The notes below the pieces were generated by a model that searched no databases, was not told where the DNA came from, and worked only from the letters and a program-made list of their open reading frames with translations. Position numbers and translations under genes: made by a program. Positions 15,185 through 16,629 of a DNA stretch of 16,629 bases are shown piece by piece. How positions within the stretch are numbered: position 1 is the first letter of the stretch; every line of letters starts with the position of its first letter. The stretch is from Candidatus Micrarchaeota archaeon (GTDB taxonomy: Archaea; Micrarchaeota; Micrarchaeia; Anstonellales; Bilamarchaeaceae), in contig JBFMEZ010000018.1 of assembly GCA_040753215.1 (NCBI GenBank), positions 1 through 16,629 on the forward strand. Reading direction: 5' to 3'.

Positions 15185-16081
15185 CTAATCTGTCCTCTTA
15201 AGATAACTCGCTCCAGCGCCCGGACCGTCGCCACTTCCGCCAAGTCGGCTTGCGAGAAGAGCATATTGTACAAACCCAGTCCCTAAAGCGGCATCACCAT
15301 TCGCAATAGATCCTCTTGGCGCAACAACCACGTAAGGTTCATTTTGTACTACATCGGTCCCAACTTCGGGTGGAGATTCGCCCAAGCTATCATAGTACAC
15401 GAGGTCTGCAGTAACTTTACCTTTGACTTTGTTAAAATAGAAAGAAACTGTAAAATTATTCGAACTTGCGATAACTAACAGTGGTCCTTTTGCATAGGGT
15501 GTCTCTGGGAAATCGAGTAAGATTGCTTTGGCGCCTCCTACAAAAAATAAGAATTCATTGCTGGCAAATTCAAAACTAAAACTATCATTTTTTACATAAT
15601 AATTATAGATATTTTGGACCAGATCCCTGACCACTTTAATTTCCCAACTGCCCAAGGTAATAATTCCAGTCTCTGGAAGTTGAACTACCTGTGCATTTCT
15701 ATTCTCAAACATGTACCCATAATCTCTCCTGAAGTCGATTCCTGAAACGGATTCGGCATTATCGATGGGTATATTTCTATAATAAGCATTCCTAGTTTGT
15801 GTAGACTCATCAGCCCTCGCCTTCTTCCCGCGCCCCAGGGCTGCTGCGGCCACGCCTCCCGCCACTATGCCGAGGAATTCCCTCCTTCCCATTGCTCCGC
15901 GGCCTGAAGCCGGCTCTTCCGCAGCCTCTCTTCCGGCTCCGTGCCTGCCGGAGAATGCGCGCAGGAATTCCCTCCTTCCCGTCTTAATTTCCCCCTCTCT
16001 CCTGCCCGGCTTTTCTTCTGGAGCGTGCGGTTCGCCACGAGTCTTGGGTTCTGGCTTTCTGGATGCCATATGCTCACCCAT
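15185..16081 (-). CDS. Protein with a twin-arginine (Tat-like) signal; hypothetical
   Basis: GRREFLGIVAGGVAAAALGRGKKARA|D is a canonical Tat signal with an AxA site, and a second GRREFL lies 30 aa upstream. The true start may be 16069, which is preceded by an SD-like GGTGA. Confidence 0.75.
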   Translation of the reverse strand: MGEHMASRKPEPKTRGEPHAPEEKPGRREGEIKTGRREFLRAFSGRHGAGREAAEEPASGRGAMGRREFLGIVAGGVAAAALGRGKKARADESTQTRNAYYRNIPIDNAESVSGIDFRRDYGYMFENRNAQVVQLPETGIITLGSWEIKVVRDLVQNIYNYYVKNDSFSFEFASNEFLFFVGGAKAILLDFPETPYAKGPLLVIASSNNFTVSFYFNKVKGKVTADLVYYDSLGESPPEVGTDVVQNEPYVVVAPRGSIANGDAALGTGFVQYALLASRLGGSGDGPGAGASYLKRTD

Positions 16082-16261
16082 TATACCAGCCAGAACACGT
16101 TAATAACCGTTTCGGTGGGCGGAATTTTCCCCTTTCCAACCTTCGATGGCGTGGGATTTGCCCAATTGGCACTGCCAAAAATAAGACAAAAGTCTATAAT
16201 AATATCTTGTCTTAATCAGCCCGCCGAGCCTGTTGCAAATTACGGCGTAGGCGTAATCCCT

Positions 16262-16378
16262 GTGGTCTCCAGGTCTTGGAGTCTGGTGAGGTCTTGAGTT
16301 GTCCTGAGGGTCCTGAAAGTCACACAAGATCTGAAGACCATGCAAGACATGGAGACAACTGCAAGACATGGAGACAAC
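16262..16378. repeat. Imperfect inverted repeat built from ~9-bp units, including a perfect 19-bp tandem duplication
   Basis: The left arm GTGGTCTCCAGGTCTTGGAG matches the reverse complement of the right arm, GTTGTCTCCATGTCTTGCAG, at 17/20 positions. TGCAAGACATGGAGACAAC occurs twice at 16341-16378. Confidence 0.7.
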
Positions 16379-16388
16379 CGCTAACGGG

Positions 16389-16629
16389 GGCTGTGGGACA
16401 GAATTAAGCGGCATAGAGGTTGAATAGGTTGTGCCATAGATTAGCGCAGGTTATGGCGGTTTCGATTCTGTCTTCCCTTCTTTGTGCAACCTCCCAACCA
16501 AGCCACCGCTTATCAACAGAAAAGTGTGCCTCTGAATGCTCTCTCTTATAGTACTCCTCAAGGTATTCCTCGGTGTTTTCAACAAAATCTTTCATTCGTC
16601 GTTTCCAACTCCAAGGTCCTTTGATGGTG
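16389..16629 (-). mobile_element. Right end of an archaeal-type IS; candidate terminal IR at about 16389-16403
   Basis: The transposase stop TAA is followed immediately by TTCTGTCCCACAGCC. The exact end cannot be fixed without the partner IR. Confidence 0.55.
16404..16629 (-). CDS. 3' part of an archaeal DDE transposase, ISNCY-type (partial)
   Basis: The frame is open to the window edge: TIKGPWSWKRRMKDFVENTEEYLEEYYKREHSEAHFSVDKRWLGWEVAQRREDRIETAITCANLWHNL. It contains a Y..R...E..FS..KR motif and the terminal HNL typical of DDE transposases. Confidence 0.75.
   Translation of the reverse strand, partial: TIKGPWSWKRRMKDFVENTEEYLEEYYKREHSEAHFSVDKRWLGWEVAQRREDRIETAITCANLWHNLFNLYAA

Noticed and set aside
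391..15188. Many antisense or alternate-frame ORFs overlapping purH, the kinase fusion, the antiporter and the surface genes
   Set aside because: They are shadow ORFs of GC-rich coding sequence, with no motifs or promoters of their own that I could see.
16341..16378. Possible CRISPR array (also 5943-5970)
   Set aside because: These are directly abutting duplications with no spacers, only two copies each, and no cas genes.
16100..16414. 104-aa minus-strand ORF
   Set aside because: It runs through the IS end and the repeat array, and has no recognisable protein features.
1..16629. Composite transposon bounded by the two IS ends
   Set aside because: The two transposase C-termini and ends are different, and the enclosed region includes a tRNA and housekeeping genes.

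Overview
This looks like an archaeal chromosomal window. The evidence is TATA boxes about 22-24 nt upstream of the ATGs, a tRNA without encoded CCA, sequon-dense surface proteins and an archaeal-type transposase. The LLFGC lipobox and overall gene style suggest a DPANN/Micrarchaeota-like organism, which is inference only. The 3' ends of two different IS elements point inward from the window edges. At the left edge is an apparent nested insertion: an IS1182-like end sits in the hairpin loop of a small IS200/IS605-derived element, which itself abuts a hicA-like fragment. Housekeeping-type genes follow: bacterial-type purH, a PsbP-like lipoprotein, a P-loop kinase/APH-like fusion in reversed domain order with an in-frame heptamer-repeat insertion, a CPA2 antiporter with altered catalytic motifs, and tRNA-Asp(GTC). 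The right two-thirds is a cell-surface locus. It holds a ~2300-aa modular beta-helix/Ig-like/Cys-rich membrane glycoprotein and, directly downstream, a 296-bp collapsed paralog missing from the ORF track that keeps the promoter, signal peptide and cytoplasmic tail. It also holds an acidic-linker S-layer-like protein and a protein with two twin-arginine motifs abutting a helical ORF. Several of these surface genes have GC-rich leaders or anchors joined to low-GC exposed segments, which suggests module swapping.
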